From Octopus vulgaris (taxonomy: Eukaryota): DNA of 64,000 nt. This document shows, piece after piece, positions 43,180-57,019 of the stretch (positions within the stretch are counted from its first letter, which is position 1; each line of letters starts with the position of its first letter). Location: assembly GCA_951406725.2 (NCBI GenBank), contig OX597832.1, forward strand, positions 20,894,001 through 20,958,000. Reading direction: 5' to 3'. The notes beneath the pieces are model-generated. The model searched no databases, was not told the origin of the DNA, and saw only the letters and a list, made by a program, of their open reading frames with translations. A program made the position numbers and the translations under genes.

Positions 43180-43600
43180 TTGCAGAAGACAGGACGGTAC
43201 TCTTCTACAAGTCAACATTGCGAGTTTCAATTCCTATCACTTTTCACAGATAGTATTTTGGGTGCTGTGCCAAGTCACCGATTACTGCAAAAATAATTGT
43301 CTTTGTCTTCCACAGTCTCCTTATCTCTCTGGCTAGATCTTGGTATTTCTCAATTTTTTACAATTTCTTTGATATTGACTCTGCTATCACCGGGCATTGC
43401 AAAATCTATGATCTTACACTCTTTGCTTATTGTGTCATCTATGATCATACCTGGTCTTCTTGCTTCAGTTGTACGGTCAGCCTTTATGGGGAACTCTCGC
43501 AACATCTTATAATTCTTATACAGCTTCTAGTTCGTGTTCATACCACTTTACTGTTGTTTTGAAGAAAGACACACACACACTCGGCGAAATATCACAACGC
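43180..43600 (-). mobile_element. Second decayed R4/Dong-like restriction-like endonuclease fragment
   Basis: Minus strand: KWYEHE..REFPIKADRTTEARRPGMIIDDTISKECKIIDFAMPGDSRVNIKEI /frameshift/ EKYQDLAREIRRLWKTKT..VIGDL. Matches the RLE R-P-D..D..K..KY pattern. Confidence 0.8.
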
Positions 43601-43859
43601 GCTCTATTGTCTATATAGTCATGGATGTGCGTATATCTTTTTGTGCTTGATATGCATCTCAGCATTGGTACACCAATATATTTTTTAACGGATCAGCGAA
43701 AGTGGGGTTGGGGGTTGGGGGAGAGAGAATGATTGATATTTTCATTGATAGACAAATAAATAGATAGATAATAGACTGATAGATAGATAAATAGACAGAC
43801 ATGCAGACAGATAGATAGATAGATGGATAGATAGATACGCAGATAGATAGATAGATAGT

Positions 43860-43940
<81 letters not shown>

Positions 43941-43942
<2 letters not shown>

Positions 43943-44040
43943 CTTTCTTTATTGGCCACACAGGGCTGAACACAAGAGGGGACAAATACAAATGTAGAGA
44001 TTTTCTTTTGGAAGATGGAAACAGAAAAAGGAAAAAAAGC
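43941..44040 (-). mobile_element. About 100-bp 3'-terminal fragment of the same Tx1-like LINE
   Basis: TTTCTTTATTGGCCACACAGGGCTG..GGGACAA..GTAGAG.TTTTCTTTTGG matches 44049-44115. Directly follows (GATA)n. Confidence 0.8.
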
Positions 44041-44046
44041 AAGATA

Positions 44047-45104
44047 AGTTTCTTTATTGGCCACACAGGGCTGCACAAAGATGGGACAAGTTACAAGGTA
44101 GAGCTTTTCTTTTGGGGGATGAAAAAAAAGGAAAAGAAAAAAAGAAAAAGGGAAGGGAACAAAAGAAAAGAAAAATGAAAAAAGAAGAAAAAAGAGGAAA
44201 AAAAGGAAGAGGAAAAAACGATCAATAGGGATCGTGTATCACAGTGTCATGATGTATGGTATAAAGGGGAAAGCAAGTAAGATTTATCCGTGGGAAGAAA
44301 AGCCTACTAAAAAGACCACGGTAACCTTGGTCAATATTGTTATATGTTACCACATTTTTTTGCAAGTGGGTAACCCTCTGTTTTCAATTTCTGGGTTCAT
44401 AGGATCATGCTCAAGGTGGCTTCGTCATTCATACGTGTCATCCTTGCTACATTCACCCATCTTTTTTAAAACGTTCGCTAGACAAAACTTGCCTCTCTAC
44501 TCTCACTTTCCTTTTCAAGTGGTACTTGAAGAAGTTGATGAGAGGTTGACCAGAGAGGAAAGAGTTTGTCTCCAATCCTTTCAGACGTGTCTACCAGATA
44601 CATTCTTTCACCATAGCCACAAGGATGATGAAAATAGCTCTTCCTTCCCGTTTGAAGGAAGGCGGCCTGACAATATTGACGATAGACTCAGCTGATAAAC
44701 CGACTCGTCCCACACGTGACAGCAGTTGTTCGACATAAGCCCACAGGTCGGAAATTGTTGGACACTGCACGAGTGCTAGCAGAACGGTTTCGTCGCTCTG
44801 ACCGCATCTCGGGCAAGTCGGCCCCGTGTTTCTCGAGCCGTGTCTGTAGAGCTTATCCCGAACGGGTAGCGCTTCTCGGTAGCTCTGCCAGGCCAGGGAT
44901 CTCTGGAAGTTGTCCATGGGCCCTGGCCCGAAAGTCGTCCTGAACAGGCGAGTCAGGTACCCCTCGACGACGTCCAGGATCGCCCCGAGCTCGTCGTCGT
45001 ACCTCCCCTCCACTAATCCCCTATAGAATGCTTTGGTTGTGTTGAAGTCACTCAAGGTCGACCCAGGACGGCAGAGTTGCTTGAGAGCAACGCGACACTC
45101 GCGA
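44047..45104 (-). mobile_element. L1/Tx1-like non-LTR retrotransposon, 5'-truncated (ORF2 C-terminus plus 3' UTR with AATAAA)
   Basis: Minus-strand translation ..LAWQSYREALPVRDKLYRHG..TCPRCGQSDETVLLALVQCPTISDLW..KECIW*TRLKG..FKK/RW is a zf-RVT-like CxxC..ET..C..W module and L1-clade C-terminus. It has an in-frame stop at 44591-44593 and a frameshift. AATAAA is at 44053-44058 (-). GC-rich relative to flanks. Confidence 0.85.
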
Positions 45105-45129
45105 TGGATAGATAGATAGATAGACAGAC

Positions 45130-45431
<302 letters not shown>

Positions 45432-45448
45432 AAGATAGACAGATAGAC

Positions 45449-45483
<35 letters not shown>

Positions 45484-46175
45484 CAAGCAGATGGACGGAC
45501 GGACAGGCAGACAGGAAGGTAGACAGACAAACTGACATTCAGAGAGATCATGGATTATGAAAGAGAATGCACTATATGACCTTTATCCAGCTTGTTGCCT
45601 CGCTTTCCTCTGGATCACATTACCACAGTCAAAAGATTAAGAGGTCAGCAGGGCAAACAGATTCGATGCAGCTGACATGGAGAAGAGTTGTAACCAGATG
45701 CAAATGGATTTCTTTCTTTTAGTTGTTATATTCTTATTAATTCTAACAGCTAAGGGATTTACTTTAGTTAATCCGTGCCCTATATCCACTTCAGATCCCG
45801 TCCCCTGAAGCGGATATAAAGAAACTGGAGATTCCGTCTCGTAAAAAATTGTGTTGTAAAATATATGAAGTCACTGACTCTTGTTATTTCTGTTTCACTC
45901 TGTCCCTGTCATGTTTATCGTCTCTCTTGCTCTTTATTAATATATTTGTATGTATGATGTATGTATGTATGTATGTATGTATGTATGTATGTATGTATGT
46001 ATGTATGTATGTATGTATCTATCTATCTATCTATCTATCTATCTACATATCTATCTATATATATTTTTTTTTACCTACCTACTTACCTATTTCTATATAT
46101 ACTTAACTATATATCTACCTAACTATTCTATCTGTTCCTTTGTATGTCTGTATATATATCTATCTAGCTAGCTAG

Positions 46176-46249
<74 letters not shown>

Positions 46250-46379
46250 TTTTCTTCCTGTCTATCTACCTATTTATCTATTCACCCTTGTACCTGCCTG
46301 TCTACCAACCTAAATATCTATCTAGCTACCTAGCTTTTTTGTCTACCTATTAGTCTATCATTTCATCTAACTGCCTATT

Positions 46380-46493
<114 letters not shown>

Positions 46494-47102
46494 CATTTAT
46501 TTTTTATTTGCTTGAGACATAAGGCTGTGGCCCTGTTCGTCAATCTATCTATCTAGCTATCTATCTAGCTATCTATTTGTCTACTTGTCTGTCTATCTTT
46601 CTATTTAGCGTAGACGTGTTCGTGACATTGACGTGCAATCTCTTATGACGTGTTATGCGAAAATTATTGAAGCATTAACAGCGACAACAACATTAACAAC
46701 AACGATATATAGCTCTCTTTATGATATACATATGTGTATGGCTATGTCTGTGTATGTGTGTATGTCTGTGTGTAAGAGAGAGCGAGAGAGACAGACAAAG
46801 TACACATATAAAAACGCAAACATATACATATATATATATATTTGAATATATATGCACGAATGCATTGTGTATATATATATGAGCACATATGCACGCATTT
46901 ACAAACTTACACACACACGTGTGTGTATGTGTGTGTGTGTAAGTGTGTAAATGTGTGTGTATGTGTGTGTGTGTAAGTGTGTAAGTGTGTAAATGTGTGT
47001 ATGTGAGTGTGTAAGTGTGTAAATGTGTGTGTATGTGTGCTCATATATATATACAGTACACGTATGTGTATGTATATATGTCTGTGTGTTAGAATGTGTA
47101 TA

Positions 47103-47142
<40 letters not shown>

Positions 47143-47619
47143 ATTGTGTTACATCCGTCACATGAAATAAGATACCTTTAATGTGAAACAATAAAAACAA
47201 AGGAAACATCGGAAATGAGAGACAAACAGAGGAAAGAAAAACAATATTGCATGCGGCAGTGTTGGGAGGGGAATGATGGGAAGGGGACATTGAGAGGGAG
47301 GGGTAAAGGGAGGATGAGAATAAAGGGGGTGGGGAAGAAGGGAGGAGAGAAAGAGAGAAGAGAAGGACAGAAAGGAAGAAAGAGAAATAGAAGCGGTGAA
47401 GGTAACGAGAAAAACTGATAGATATGCTGAAAGAAAGGAATAGAAAATGAATGAAAGTAAGAGAGGGAGAGAGAGAAAGAAAGAAGGAAAGAAAGGCAGA
47501 CTGGGAGAAAGAGAAATATTAGAAATAAAGAAAGAAGAACAATAGGATGAGATGAATACGGATAAGAAGAAAAAGGGAAAGAACGATAAAGTGAATAGAT
47601 AGATAGATAGATAGATAGC

Positions 47620-47676
<57 letters not shown>

Positions 47677-47766
47677 TACTCGCTAGAAAGATAGAGAGAG
47701 AGGGGGAAGAGAGATGGAGACAGACAGACAGGCCGACAGACTGACTGACATATAGATAGATAGATA

Positions 47767-47810
<44 letters not shown>

Positions 47811-48031
47811 ACGGATGAAAGAAAGAACGCGAGAAAGAAAGTAAAAGTAAAATGTGAGTAAGACAAGTTGGTGAAGGAGTAAAAGCAGAATGTTATAAAT
47901 ATAGAATGAAGGAAAATATGACTGCATAAAGAAAATATACGAAAGAATACAGAATGCAACAAAAAGGAAAGAAAGGGAGTAGAAATTAACGGAGAAGGGG
48001 CAGACAGATAGAAAAATAGATAGATAGACAA

Positions 48032-48119
<88 letters not shown>

Positions 48120-48123
48120 GTAT

Positions 48124-48186
<63 letters not shown>

Positions 48187-48397
48187 TCCTGACAGGCAGA
48201 GTTGCAGAGAGAGAGAGAGAGAGAAAGGGAGAGGGAGAGAAAGAGAGAGAAAGGAGAGAAAGGAGAGAAAATCATGATGAAAAAGAAAATGATAAATTGA
48301 GGGCGGCAGACATAATAAAATAATGAGGAGGCAGTCGAGAAAAAAGATACAGTGACAGGAAGAGAAAGAGAGAGAGAGTGAGAGAGAGAGAGAGATA

Positions 48398-48438
<41 letters not shown>

Positions 48439-49379
48439 AATGAGAGGTGAAAGTGTGCGATTGTGTAAAAGAAACAGAAAAGCAAAAAGACAGCCGGGTT
48501 AAAATGGCGGATGATCAGGTAGAGAAGTGATTATTATTACGAAAGATCGTGAAGTTGTTTCGCCTGAAGAACTCGCAGACAAATTACAATGTTGACAGTG
48601 CGGTTTCTGTTTCTCCGGTTCCTTCACATCATTGTGCAACTAGGCATAAATTTCTTAAAGTGTTGCTAGTAGGGAGTTACCTCGCTTGTAACACAACACT
48701 TCCGACATATTGGTTTCACTCATCTGACTTTGTTTTTAACTGAATATTTCTCGTTATTTTTTCTTTATATGGTCGCCATTTTTTTTCATTATCTTTTTAT
48801 TTCTCTATTGTTTTTTCTTCATTATTAATACATATTTTTGATTGTTTTTTTCTTTTTGTTTTGTTCCTTATATAATCTATTTCCAGTTTTTATTTTTATC
48901 TATTTTGTTTTGACAATATTAAAGGCTAGATAACAGTCAATGACTTGTGTCAAGATCGAACCTCGGTTAGCCATAAGGCGGTACAGCAACGACGAAGCGT
49001 CTCCAATTACGGATATCTCATTTTATTTTACGTCTTATTTTTTTTATTTTTTGCTTTTTAATACTGTTTCTTTTTTGTTAATCATGTGTATTTTTTCGTT
49101 CCCTGTTGTTGATTTATTTGGAATATTTGCTCGCCCCTATCCCACCAATTTTTTTTGGGGCTTAGTTATATCATTGTGAAGGCTCTCGTTTTATTGTTTC
49201 ATTTTATGGTTTTTATTTATGCATTTTGTTTATTTATTTGAATTGGGATGAAATGAAGACCCTAATAATTTTCGTAGGTATCATTAAATGTATAATTAAT
49301 TTGTGCTTTTATTACTTATTTCTATTTCATTTGAGTTGTTATTGTTGTTTGTGTTGATATTAGTATTAATATTGTCAAC

Positions 49380-49627
49380 ATCACCACCTTATCATCATCA
49401 CCATTGTCATCATCACCATTGTCATCATCATCACCAGCATCATCGCCATCATCATCATCCTCATCATCATCATCAATACCGTCGTCGTCATCATCACCAT
49501 TATCATCATCATCAACATTGGCGTCATCATCGTCATCATTATTGTCTTCGTTGTCATCATCGTCATCATCTCCACCATCGTCATCATTATAATAATCATC
49601 GACGCCGTTATCGTCGTCGTCGTTTTC

Positions 49628-49682
<55 letters not shown>

Positions 49683-50185
49683 CCACCACCACCACCATCA
49701 CTTAATTTCTCCAACAACATTATAATTACTAGTCTAACTGCTGTCAATAGTTCAATCATTGCTTTTGTTGTTATCGTAATAGTAGTAGTAGTAGTTGTTG
49801 TTGTTGTTGTTGTTGTTAGTGTTGTTTTTGTTGTTGCTTGTGCTTGACATGACACTGACGTGTTGTCAGGATGTTTGCTTGATTTGCAGTCAGAAAATGA
49901 CAGACAGTAAAAACAAAGCGATTGCTTCCCTATAATATAGACACATGAACATATGCACACACATACACATACTTTCCCAAATGCACCCGCACACTCCCAT
50001 ATACAACCATATGCGTGCATACACATACAGACACAAAGATGCAAGCACGCACATTTGTAGCCCATACTTAAAGCAGACAAAATCTATTTAGCAAAATGAT
50101 AAAATAAAAATAAAATAATAAATAATATTACGAATGATGTTGATGCTGAGGAGAAGAAGGAGGAGGAAGAAGAGTACGAAGAAAA

Positions 50186-50220
<35 letters not shown>

Positions 50221-50520
50221 AGAAGAAGAAGAAAAATGGGACGGGGAGGAGGGGAACAAAGAAGAGGACCAGGATAGGGTTAATGATGATGATGATGATG
50301 ATGATGACTATGATGGTGGTGATGGTAATGATGATGATGATGATGATTATGACAATTACCATGATTATAATCATGACGACGATGACGATGATGATGATGG
50401 ATGAAAAGGATGATGATGATGAGGAGGATGATGATGATGAAGTGGAGGAGGAGGAGGGGAATAAGAGGCAGAGGATATTGGAGATGATAATGGTGATGAC
50501 GATGACGAAGATGATGTTGA
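49380..50520. repeat. (CAT)n, (GTT)n, (GAA)n and (GAT)n low-complexity blocks
   Basis: Directly visible. (CAT)n at 49380-49700 and (GAT)n at 50280-50520 are in opposite orientation. Confidence 0.9.
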
Positions 50521-50819
50521 CATCGTACAGCTTGTTTGCTTGAGTAAGACTGGATGATGCTGACGGAAGTACAAAAAATTTAGGGGATGTTTGAAAAAGA
50601 ATGGGAAACCAAAATAAACTTGTAAAAAAAACTATAAAGTGAAGGGTAGATAGGAAAAGGGAACAAAATGGAAAACAGGTAAGTAAATGGCATTCTATAA
50701 CGAAAGAGAGGGATGTAAATATATAAACTTGTTAATGTTTGTCTTTATGTTCGGTTATAGTAAATATCAACATACACTTTCTGCAACTTTTCGTCGGCAT
50801 CTGAGCAGGTATCGCCATG

Positions 50820-51028
50820 ACAAATGTCTCTATCATGACCAATGCGTCGATCAATGCGACAAACGGATGAAGGGCGAAAAGGTCTCTTTTGCAGAACCGC
50901 TAAGTTACGGGGACATCAACTCACCAGCATCGGTTATGAAGCGATGTTAGGGGGACAAACAGAGACCCACAAACATATACACACACACACATACACACAC
51001 ACACGCACACACACACACACACACGCAA

Positions 51029-51063
<35 letters not shown>

Positions 51064-51175
51064 CATATATACGTCATGCTACAGTAGAAACATCTGCCCA
51101 AGGTGCCACGCAGTGGGACTGAACCCGGAACCATGTAGTTGGTTGACAAGCTACTTAACATACAGCCCCTCTTAC
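50820..51175 (-). mobile_element. SINE family A, internally deleted
   Basis: GAACCGCTAAGTTACGGGGAC..GCCCAAGGTGCCACGCAGTGGGACTGAACCCGGAACCATG. Confidence 0.8.
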
Positions 51176-51674
51176 GCAATAATAATAATAATAACAACAA
51201 CAACAACAACAACAATAACAATGATAAAACTGTAATATTGAATCAATTCCTGTATTTATCATTACTGGCGTAATAAACTTCCAAAGACACGGCAAATTAG
51301 TAAATATTAATTTTATTTTCAAAATCATTATCTTTATAGCTAATATTATTAATTCTGTATTTCGACTACTTTGAGTGGAGTACGTTGGTACTTAAGCTAA
51401 CTTCAGTGATAATATAATATAATATTTTGCCAATGTTTGCAAAAACGAAGTGCACTATAAGGGGAATAACGAGAGAGCCCTAGATGAGTCACCTCCGCTT
51501 ACTCATGTACCTTATAACCAAAACAAGGTTTATAAATCTATAGGATCTCGAGCAATCTCTCGTCGTCTTGACCAGCGTGAACTCGATTATTCAGATCCTT
51601 AAGTGGAAAACTTGGAAAAACTTCGGGATTTTCCTCGAGAGACATGTGGCAACAATGCCACTCCCTACAACACC

Positions 51675-51708
<34 letters not shown>

Positions 51709-51724
51709 ATGTATATACAGAATC

Positions 51725-51775
<51 letters not shown>

Positions 51776-52144
51776 CATAAAGAGAATGAGTGATGAGAAT
51801 GATGGAGATACAGATACACAATGCATTGATCGCGAGAGACAAAAGCTTTTCGAGACGGTCTAATCATTCATCGAAAAGCGGTAATCTACTGACCAATAAC
51901 GAAAAAATAATATATCAACCAGGGAAGGAAAATATGGAAAACAGAGAGTAAAACTCATTTTTCTATCTTCAGTCCTCTCCATTAGCTTCTTTTCTGCTTG
52001 GTTTCCTTTGTCTTTCCTTATAGGTTTTGCTTGAGTGGGTTTTTAGAACTCGTCACATTTCACCTGGCGACTTAATTACCGTTGAAGCTGTAACTTTTAG
52101 CAATAAGTTATTGCCTGCATATCTCCCTCCTTCTTTCTCTCTCG

Positions 52145-52206
<62 letters not shown>

Positions 52207-52224
52207 GATAGATCGTTAGCTACT

Positions 52225-52402
52225 ACACGCATTTTTTCTCTTCTTGTTTCTCTCCTTGTTTATTTTTCTGTGTATCTTTCTGTCGAAGAGCGTAGGCTCG
52301 AAACGTAAAAGACTTTTTCTATTCCTGAGCGCTATACTAATACATTTGTTTGTTTGTACTCCACCTGCCTTCGTCTTTTGTTTATTTTCGTAAACTTTCC
52401 CT
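52225..52402 (+). mobile_element. Short hammerhead-bearing interspersed repeat ending in (TA)n
   Basis: Same family as 5170-5330 and 5830-6005 (shared GAGCGTAGGCTC hairpin and downstream TTCCTGAGCG..ACTAATACA..CACCTG). Confidence 0.65.
52275..52312 (+). ncRNA. Minimal hammerhead fold, A6U variant core
   Basis: TCTTT|CTGTCGA|a GAGC-gtag-GCTC|GAAA|CG|TA|AAAGA: perfect helix I and helix II, ACGT palindrome. Decayed siblings at about 5222-5255 (-) and 5919-5950 (+). Confidence 0.68.
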
Positions 52403-52829
52403 TTATATATATACACATATATATATTCATATTTATATATGTATACATATATATTTATATTAACTATATATTTGTACACGCACACACACACATATACTCT
52501 TTCACACACATTCACACATACAGAATTTCCACACCTTAAATGAGTTCTAAGTGGAACAGATTTACTGACTTCCCTGTCCGCAAAAACATGCGTACGTGTC
52601 TATATGTGTGTAGGGTGTGCGTGCACGCCTCTGTGTGTGTGTGTGTATGTGTGTGTGTGTGTGTGTGTACGTAAATATATTCGCATATATATCTATAACT
52701 TAGCCGTTTGGCAAACGGGGGCCACTTGAATAAGCACTAGGTTTACAAAGAATGAATCCTGGGGTCGATTTGATATATATATATATATCAGTGGTGTAGC
52801 GCTTACTGTTCCTTTTAATAGTCGCGTGT

Positions 52830-52876
52830 CTACTACTGACAAGGCCGCAAAACGCCGAAACCACTTGGTCTGGTGG
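52830..52876 (+). ncRNA. Type-I hammerhead fold with looped stem III, G8A core change
   Basis: CTACTA|CTGACAA|GGC-cgcaaaac-GCC|GAAA|CC-actt-GG|TC|TGGTGG: helix I 6 bp (2 G.U), GUC triplet. CTGACAA is probably CpG decay of CTGACGA. Confidence 0.6.
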
Positions 52877-53094
52877 TGCTAATAGAGGAAATGACAGAGT
52901 TTGTCTGCTACTAACGTAAACAATAAAGTACTGATACGCGCCACGAATCCATAGGAGTGTTTCTCGTGATAAATGCCTCGGTATTGTATTTTCTAACGCT
53001 ACATCAACTTTTAAGTAGTAATAAGTTTTAACTTTCGGTATTAACACATTAATTGATCAGGCACTATAATTATTAAATGCGTATATATACATGC

Positions 53095-53156
<62 letters not shown>

Positions 53157-53175
53157 ATATGTATGTATTTATGTA

Positions 53176-53216
<41 letters not shown>

Positions 53217-53856
53217 TTATAGATACATATATATGCATATGTATATATATATGTAATACATATATACATTATGTATAGGTGTATGCATATATATAAATAT
53301 ATATATATATATATGTATACATACAAATAATTGCTTTCTCTTATCGTATTGCATACATTAAAGCTATCATTGTTATTGTTGCTGTTGTTACTGCTCTTGT
53401 GGTTGTTCCCCTTGTATTTTATGAGCGCTATGTGCCGAAGTACTCTCACCAATACCACCACCATCACAACCACAACCACCCATTGCTACCACCTCTTCTT
53501 GCTTACTTACTACCTGCTACTTATATACTTCTCTCATCTTCCATTTCAAATGTGTATACACACCTGCAGACACTTAACATTTGAGGGTTTCAGCGGAAAT
53601 GGTGTTCGTCAGATGTGCGCGTGTATATTTATGCGAATACAATATTCGATATAATATAGGTGTGCTTCTATTTTCCTGTGTGCGCATCCATTTCTCTGTT
53701 TGTGTGGTACACGGCGAAAATGTCCATCACACGCACATATACACTGGCATCCAAATATGCATATATATATATATATATATATACGTACATATATAGTTAT
53801 AAAGATGCATATAGACATACATACATATATATGTGTCCATGCCTGTGTATTTATAC

Positions 53857-53892
<36 letters not shown>

Positions 53893-54254
53893 ATATACAT
53901 ATATATACGCTTATATATATACACAAACGCATACATATATACATACAATCTTATCTGTACCGATACATGGATCCGTGTATCAACTTACTGTAAAATTCTA
54001 CATGGAGAAACATAAATATTATTGACTTCACTTACACACAGTCCCGCTCACACACACACATTTACATACAAATATACATACATACATACACACAAACATC
54101 CATACATACATACATACATACATACATACATACATAAATACATTCGTACGTACGTACATAAATACATATACACATACATATTTACGTACGTACATATGTA
54201 GTTGGGATGAATAGATGAGTAAATGATTCAATTCTGGGTTATGCTGAACGAACG

Positions 54255-54276
54255 AATGAAAGAAAGAAAGAAAGAT

Positions 54277-54354
<78 letters not shown>

Positions 54355-54680
54355 GATGGATGGAAGGAAGGAAGGAAGGTTGAAAGATTGAAAGAGAGAG
54401 AGAAGGAAAGAGAGAAAGAAAGAATGAAAGAAAGAAAGGAAGAAAGAAAGAAAGAAAGAAAGAAAGGCAGGAAGGAAGGAAGAAAGAAAGAAAAAAAGAA
54501 AGAAAGAAAGAAAGAAAGGCAGGAAGGAAGGAAGGAAGGAAGAATGAAAGAAAGAAAGAAAGAAATACTAAAAGAGAGAAATAAGGAAAGAGAGAAAGAA
54601 AGAAAGGATGAAAGAGGGAAGAAAGAAAAAAGAAAGAAACAAACAAACAAAAAAACGAAGAAAGAAAGAAAGAAAGAAAG
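54255..54680. repeat. (GAAA/GGAA)n tetranucleotide tract
   Basis: Directly visible. Confidence 0.95.
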
Positions 54681-55006
54681 GGACAGAAGTATGATATACT
54701 CGAAGTATAAAAACACTGGAACATTCTAGTCGGAATATTTTTGTTGTTGTTGCTGTTGTTGTTCGTTCCCTATCTTCGGAGTCTCTGGAAGATAAATTTC
54801 CATCGTTTAAACTTTAAGTATCCAGGAGTGTTAATGTCGAATTGTTATATCGTTGTTAATCATTTAGAATAAATTGCTTTGTATACAATGCCACTGTTTC
54901 TTTTTCTTTTTGTCATTCGTGAAAGAAGGAGGTCGGTTTCGTGAACTGATAAATAGGTGACCGAATACGCAAAAGAAAAAAACAAGAACACAGTTATAGG
55001 CACTAT

Positions 55007-55565
55007 AGGCGGTGCTGCGGTAATAATCTTACTTCTCAACCATAGGGTTTCTGGTTCAGTTCCATTGCGTGGCACCTCGAGCAACTGTTTTCTATATTAA
55101 GCATTGGGCTATAACACCACCACTTGACTAACGGTGTTGATGTGTTTACGTTCTCGCAACTAATTAAGTCAACAAAAGAGACTGGTAGAATAAGCACTAT
55201 CTATCTAGCTATCTATCTTTTTATCTATCTACATCTCTCTCTCCCACTCTCTCTCTCTCTTTATATATATGTGTGTGTGTGTGTGTGTATGTGTGTGTGT
55301 ACGTGTGTGTGTGTATGTGTGTACGAGTGTGTGTGTGTAAGTGAGGTTGTGTGTTTGTGTTTTTCCATTACCACCAGCACCACCACTTTACAACCGTTGT
55401 TGGTCTATTTAGGTCATCGTAACTTAGCGCTTTATCGAAGGGGACTGACAGAATAAACCTTAGATTTAGAATTTCAAAATGCTGAGTCGATTTGTTCAAC
55501 TAAAATGCTTCGAGGTGGTGCACCAGCATGGCCGTTGTCTAATTATTGAAACAAGATAAAGACAA
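55007..55565 (+). mobile_element. SINE family A, diverged, with duplicated 3' part
   Basis: GGTTCAGTTCCATTGCGTGGCACC..CAGCATGGCCGTTGTCTAATTATTGAAAC. Confidence 0.7.
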
Positions 55566-55669
55566 CAGATAACATAATTCCCATGGTACTTGGCCAATCA
55601 CTAAAAAGTTATTTGTGATATTTCAGTCAGTTCAGAGAAGAAAATCTAACGAAGGAATATGAGAGGAAT

Positions 55670-55886
55670 ATTCTTTTCTACTCTAGGCACAAGGCCTGAA
55701 ATGTTTGGGGGATGCGTCAGTAGATTAGTTCAACCCCAGTACACAACTGGTTCTTCATTTATCAACTCCGAAAGGATAAATGTCAAAGTCGACCTCGGCG
55801 GAATTTGAACTCCGAACGCAAAGACTGACGAAATACCGCTAAGCATTTTGCCCGGCGTTCAAACGCTTCCGACAGCTCGCCGCCTT
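55670..55886 (-). mobile_element. SINE family B, tail type 1
   Basis: TTTTCTACTCTAGGCACAAGGCCTGAAA..AAAGTCGACCTCGGCGGAATTTGAACTC..AGCTCGCCGCC. Confidence 0.83.
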
Positions 55887-57019
55887 AATATGAGAATATT
55901 GAATAACAATTATTGAAGTACAGTCCAACACATTCCAGTATCTAAGACAAATGAACATCTGTATGCAAGCAGTATATGTATGTATATGCATGTATATATG
56001 GATGGATGCTTGTATATATGTATGGATAGGTTGGTGTTTGTATGTATGGATGGACGGATGTATGCATGTATAGTAGTATTCCTAACGTGACCACATGTTG
56101 TGTGTCAACGCAGTATACATTGTGTGACTCTATTGTTGTCCAAAATCGACCAGCCGAGCATCACTGTACATAGAACTGTCTTTTATAACTTTCTTTTCTT
56201 CTTTCGTCACATGCCATGATCCTGTAGTCTGAATTTAGATGCACGTTGTTCAGTCTCTTCATACCTCCTCACTTGAATCTCGTTAGTTCTGTGACTTACG
56301 ATACGACAGATATAGCTTTCTCTTGTTCGTCGTTCGAAAGCATATAACAATCCTCCGGGGCTTCCGCCATGTATATTTGCTATGATAAATATGTCGAGCA
56401 AAGATGCATTGTCTTTTGTTATGCATCGTATCCATGTTCTTTCATTTATCTTGAGCTGAATCATGCACAGAAGCTTACTGTGACCTACTAAGTTTGAAAA
56501 ATTGTTGCTGCTATTGTTCGTGTATATGCTTTATCAACATTGATGATTGTATATCATCAAACAAGTTGTAAGTGTTCGCTTTTATAAATTTCTATAATAT
56601 TTCATTTCTTCTATTGTTTTCTTTTCAAAAGCTTATATTCAAATCTATTATCTTAAAAATCATTTAAAATCATTTTTGAATAATCCAGTTTTATAATATT
56701 TAAATATACTTTTAAAACAGTTTTAGCTTGGATATCGATTGTCCCACTTTCTTATTGCTGGTCTTATTGACCCACAAATAAACAAAGCAAAATCGCTGTT
56801 TGGAAGAATATGTTTATGTTATAAGATCATGCATAAGAACAAACATTGCTTTCTACCCCAGGGTAACGGGGATGGATGTACAAAATCATACTAAAGCACT
56901 TTGCTTTTGACGAGGGTGAAGCAACGATATTCTGTAGGGTGATTCTCGCAGAAAATACATTCTAAACGGGACTTTGAGCAACTGGAACAATACCACAACT
57001 GCTGGATATATAATGAAAA

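Noticed and set aside
51480-51640. AP-1 (TGAGTCA) and NF-kB-like (GGGATTTTCC) motifs, and a possible exon
   Set aside because: Short motifs only; no recognisable protein and no good splice donor.
56207-56464. 85-aa complex ORF on the minus strand
   Set aside because: No recognisable motif; the length is compatible with chance.
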